The position numbers and the translations under genes were made by a program. The notes beneath the pieces were generated by a model that was not told the DNA's origin, did no database searches, and worked only from the letters and a program-made list of their open reading frames with translations. Positions 61,677-64,000 of a DNA stretch of 64,000 nt are shown piece by piece. Source of the stretch: Verrucomicrobiota bacterium (GTDB lineage Bacteria > Verrucomicrobiota > Verrucomicrobiia > Limisphaerales > J093); the NCBI GenBank assembly GCA_016716505.1, contig JADJWF010000007.1, forward strand, positions 91 to 64,090. Reading direction: 5' to 3'. The stretch's first letter is position 1. Every line of letters begins with the position of its first letter.

Positions 61677-63260
61677 GTGCCCGCCGGAGGTGCCATCCAG
61701 GCCGTCGTGTTCGACATGGACGGCGTGCTGACGGATTCCGAGCCGCTGATCAACGCAGCGGCGGTGGCCATGTTTCGCGAGCGCGGCCTCACCGTGCAGC
61801 CGGCCGATTTCCTGCCGTTTGTGGGCACCGGCGAAAACCGGTACATCGGCGGCGTCGCCGAGAAGTACGGGTTCCCCCTTGACCTCGAAGCCGCCAAGGC
61901 GCGCACCTACCAAATCTACCTCGAACTGGTGCCCACCGAGCTTCACGCCTTTCCGGGGGCGGTGGAACTGGTGCAACGCTGCCGGGCCGCCGGGTTGAAA
62001 GTGGCGGTCGCCTCCAGCGCGGACCGCATCAAGATTGAAGCCAACCTGCGCCAGATCGCTCTGCCGCCCGAGCAGTGGGACGCGATCGTTTGCGCCGAGG
62101 ATGTCGTCCACAAAAAGCCGGCGCCGGACATTTTCCTCGCGGCCGCGCACAAGCTGGGCCTGGAGCCAAATCAGTGCGTCGTCGTCGAAGACGCAGTGAA
62201 CGGGGTCCGGGCCGCGAAAGCCGCCGGGATGCGCTGCGTGGCGGTGGCGCAGAGCTTCCCGCCGGAACAACTCGTCGAAGCCGACCTCGTGCGGCTGCGG
62301 ATCGCCGACGTCACGCTGGCGGACCTCCAAGGCACGCTGCCAGCCAGTGATCCTCCCGCCGGCGGCCAGGAGCAGCCCGTGTCTCCGGCCGGTGGTCAAT
62401 CGGTTCCGGCCCTTCTCGACGCCGGCGGCGATTCTCCGCGCGCGCCCGGTCTGCCCGTCGTTCTTCCGCCCCGCCTTGTCCCGCCGACACCCCCACGTGC
62501 GGAGGTGCCCGCGAGTCCCCCGCGCCCGTGGGGCTTTTGGGCAACCTCGTTCCTCGGGCTGTTCATCGCCATCGCGACGCTGGTGGCGCAGGTGGTGGCG
62601 GTGTGGCCGCTGATCTATTGGCTCAACCGCCGCGGAATTCCGGCGCGATTCAGTGACGGCAACGGTTTTCTGCTGTCGGTGGCGTCCATCGCCGGGCTGC
62701 CGGTCTCCACGCTGTTTTGCGTCGCGTTCGCGAGGGCCCGCCGGGGCATGTCGGCCCGGGACTATCTCGGGCTGAGAGCGGTGCCGGTCGGGCAGGTGCT
62801 GCGCTGGCTGGTGGCACTGCTGGTGCTGGTGGGCGTGAGCGATTGCGTGACCTGGCTGGCAGGACGACCGATCGTGGTGCCCTTCATGATCGAAACCTTC
62901 CAGACGGCCGGCTCGGTGGCGCTGCTGTGGGTGGCGATCGTCGTGGCCGCACCGGTGGCGGAGGAGATTTTCTTTCGCGGCTTTCTTTTCGCCGGCTTCG
63001 CGGCGTCCCCGCTGGGCCCCGTGGGCGCCGCGCTGCTGACTTCGATCGCCTGGGGGTTCATTCACTTCCAGTACGACTTCTACGGCCGCAGCCTGATCTT
63101 TGTTTCCGGGCTGCTCCTGAGTTGGGCGCGCTGGCGGACGTCGTCGGTCACCGTGCCCATCCTGATGCACGCGGTGATGAACGCGGTGTCGTTGATCGAA
63201 ACCGGGATCGTGGTGGACCGGCTTCCCGACCCGCCCACACCGGGGACCGTGCTGGTTTGA
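61677..63260 (+). CDS. fusion protein: HAD-superfamily (beta-PGM-like) hydrolase plus CPBP/CAAX-type intramembrane protease domain
   Basis: GTG start. VVFDMDGVLTDSE (HAD motif I), VASSA, KKPAPDIF and VVVEDAVNGVRAAKAAGM. A Pro-rich linker follows, then a polytopic domain with APVAEEIFFRGF, FIHF and PILMHAVMNAV, the CPBP signature motifs. Confidence 0.8.
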   Translation: MPAGGAIQAVVFDMDGVLTDSEPLINAAAVAMFRERGLTVQPADFLPFVGTGENRYIGGVAEKYGFPLDLEAAKARTYQIYLELVPTELHAFPGAVELVQRCRAAGLKVAVASSADRIKIEANLRQIALPPEQWDAIVCAEDVVHKKPAPDIFLAAAHKLGLEPNQCVVVEDAVNGVRAAKAAGMRCVAVAQSFPPEQLVEADLVRLRIADVTLADLQGTLPASDPPAGGQEQPVSPAGGQSVPALLDAGGDSPRAPGLPVVLPPRLVPPTPPRAEVPASPPRPWGFWATSFLGLFIAIATLVAQVVAVWPLIYWLNRRGIPARFSDGNGFLLSVASIAGLPVSTLFCVAFARARRGMSARDYLGLRAVPVGQVLRWLVALLVLVGVSDCVTWLAGRPIVVPFMIETFQTAGSVALLWVAIVVAAPVAEEIFFRGFLFAGFAASPLGPVGAALLTSIAWGFIHFQYDFYGRSLIFVSGLLLSWARWRTSSVTVPILMHAVMNAVSLIETGIVVDRLPDPPTPGTVLV

Positions 63261-63358
63261 TGGCGGGTGGCGGGTGATGGGCCCGGCAGCGGGCGCGGGC
63301 AGTTTGGAATGGACTTGCCACCCCGGCCCGATGGTTCAATGCGCCCAGATTCGGATTT

Positions 63359-64000
63359 ATGGACGAGACCAATGCACTGATCGCCCAGCGCCGCGCCAAG
63401 CTCGATGCCCTGCGCCAGAAGGGCATTGACCCGTTCCGGAACAAGTTCACGCCCGACCGCGGTTGCGGCGACGCCCGCGAACAATTCGAGGCCGGCCTCC
63501 TTGCCGAGGGTGCGCCGGTGGCGCTGGCGGGGCGCATCACCGCCCATCGCGACATGGGCAAGAGCCAGTTCCTGGATCTCAAGGACCAGAGCGGCCGCAT
63601 CCAGATCTACGCGCAGAAGCAGACGCTCGGCGAGGAGGGCTACGAGATTTTCAAGCACCTCGATCTGGCGGACTTCATTGGCGTGAACGGGACCCTGTTC
63701 CGCACCCGCAGCGGTGAGCCGACCGTCAAGGTCGAGCACTTCACCATCCTCGCCAAGGCGCTGCGGCCGCCGCCCGCCAAATGGCACGGGCTCGAGGACA
63801 CCGAAATCCGCTACCGGCAGCGGTACCTCGACCTGATGTCGAATGACGAGGTCAAGCGGGTCTTTCTCCAGCGGTCGGCCATCATCAAGGAGATCCGCGC
63901 CTTCCTCGACGCCCGCGGGTACGTCGAGGTCGAGACGCCGATGATGCAGGCCATCCCGGGCGGCGCGGCGGCGCGGCCCTTCAAGACGCACCATAACGCG
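63359..64000 (+). CDS. lysS: lysine--tRNA ligase (5' part, runs off the window)
   Basis: My own translation from ATG 63359: MDETNALIAQRRAKLDALRQKGIDPFRNKF...GRITAHRDMGKSQFLDLKDQSGRIQIY...IRYRQRYLDLMSN...VEVETPMMQAIPGGAAARPFKTHHNA. It is absent from the ORF track because no stop codon lies in the window. Confidence 0.9.
   Translation, partial: MDETNALIAQRRAKLDALRQKGIDPFRNKFTPDRGCGDAREQFEAGLLAEGAPVALAGRITAHRDMGKSQFLDLKDQSGRIQIYAQKQTLGEEGYEIFKHLDLADFIGVNGTLFRTRSGEPTVKVEHFTILAKALRPPPAKWHGLEDTEIRYRQRYLDLMSNDEVKRVFLQRSAIIKEIRAFLDARGYVEVETPMMQAIPGGAAARPFKTHHNA

Noticed and set aside
1-64000. Mobile elements, prophage, CRISPR arrays, toxin-antitoxin or known defence systems
   Set aside because: I saw no transposase, integrase, Cas, reverse transcriptase, phage structural protein or toxin-like gene, and no regularly spaced short repeats. 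DinG, the EVE-domain protein and the XRE regulator are standalone and sit among housekeeping genes rather than in a defence-like cluster.

Overview
High-GC bacterial chromosomal segment. The protein families present suggest a Verrucomicrobiota- or Planctomycetota-like organism (inference from content only): PEP-CTERM sorting tails, an H-X9-DG prepilin-like protein, HAF-type extracellular repeats, PQQ-like propellers, a PmoA-like/DUF6807 protein, and membrane-anchored HEAT-repeat proteins. I support about 48 protein-coding genes. I found no rRNA, tRNA, CRISPR array, transposase or integrase. Housekeeping blocks: fabI, metY, dapF-dapA-dapB-folK, feoA-feoA-feoB, dinG, cinA-like, sdhCAB (cytochrome b558 type), serS, glgA, nuoABCD (the cluster stops after nuoD), an rhlE-like DEAD-box helicase, an EVE-domain protein, and the 5' part of lysS. 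The clearest accessory region is 31.2-46.7 kb on the minus strand. It holds a propeller/Y_Y_Y sensor kinase, a NarL/LuxR response regulator, two tandem paralogous giant secreted proteins (1485 and 1548 aa) and a cysteine-free C-type-lectin/PEP-CTERM protein. A second PEP-CTERM protein and a divergent XRE regulator lie upstream. The two PEP-CTERM tails are near-identical at DNA level. Three reading-frame lesions are visible directly. A G8 homopolymer cuts the start codon and signal-peptide n-region off a 798-aa PQQ/HAF surface protein. An in-frame TGA splits the H-X9-DG pseudopilin-like gene, which is also flanked by 61-bp direct repeats. A 1-nt frameshift affects the 3' end of the cinA-like gene. 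Other oddities are a HAD phosphatase-CPBP protease fusion, a translationally coupled pair of paralogous small membrane proteins, and a module of about 65-70 aa ending in FFRL that occurs in three proteins. Caveats: the ORF track prints GTG/TTG starts as M. In this GC-rich DNA it also contains many very long antisense or out-of-frame ORFs, which I rejected. Start codons are often uncertain by tens of codons. All family calls rest on motif recognition by eye, not on searches.
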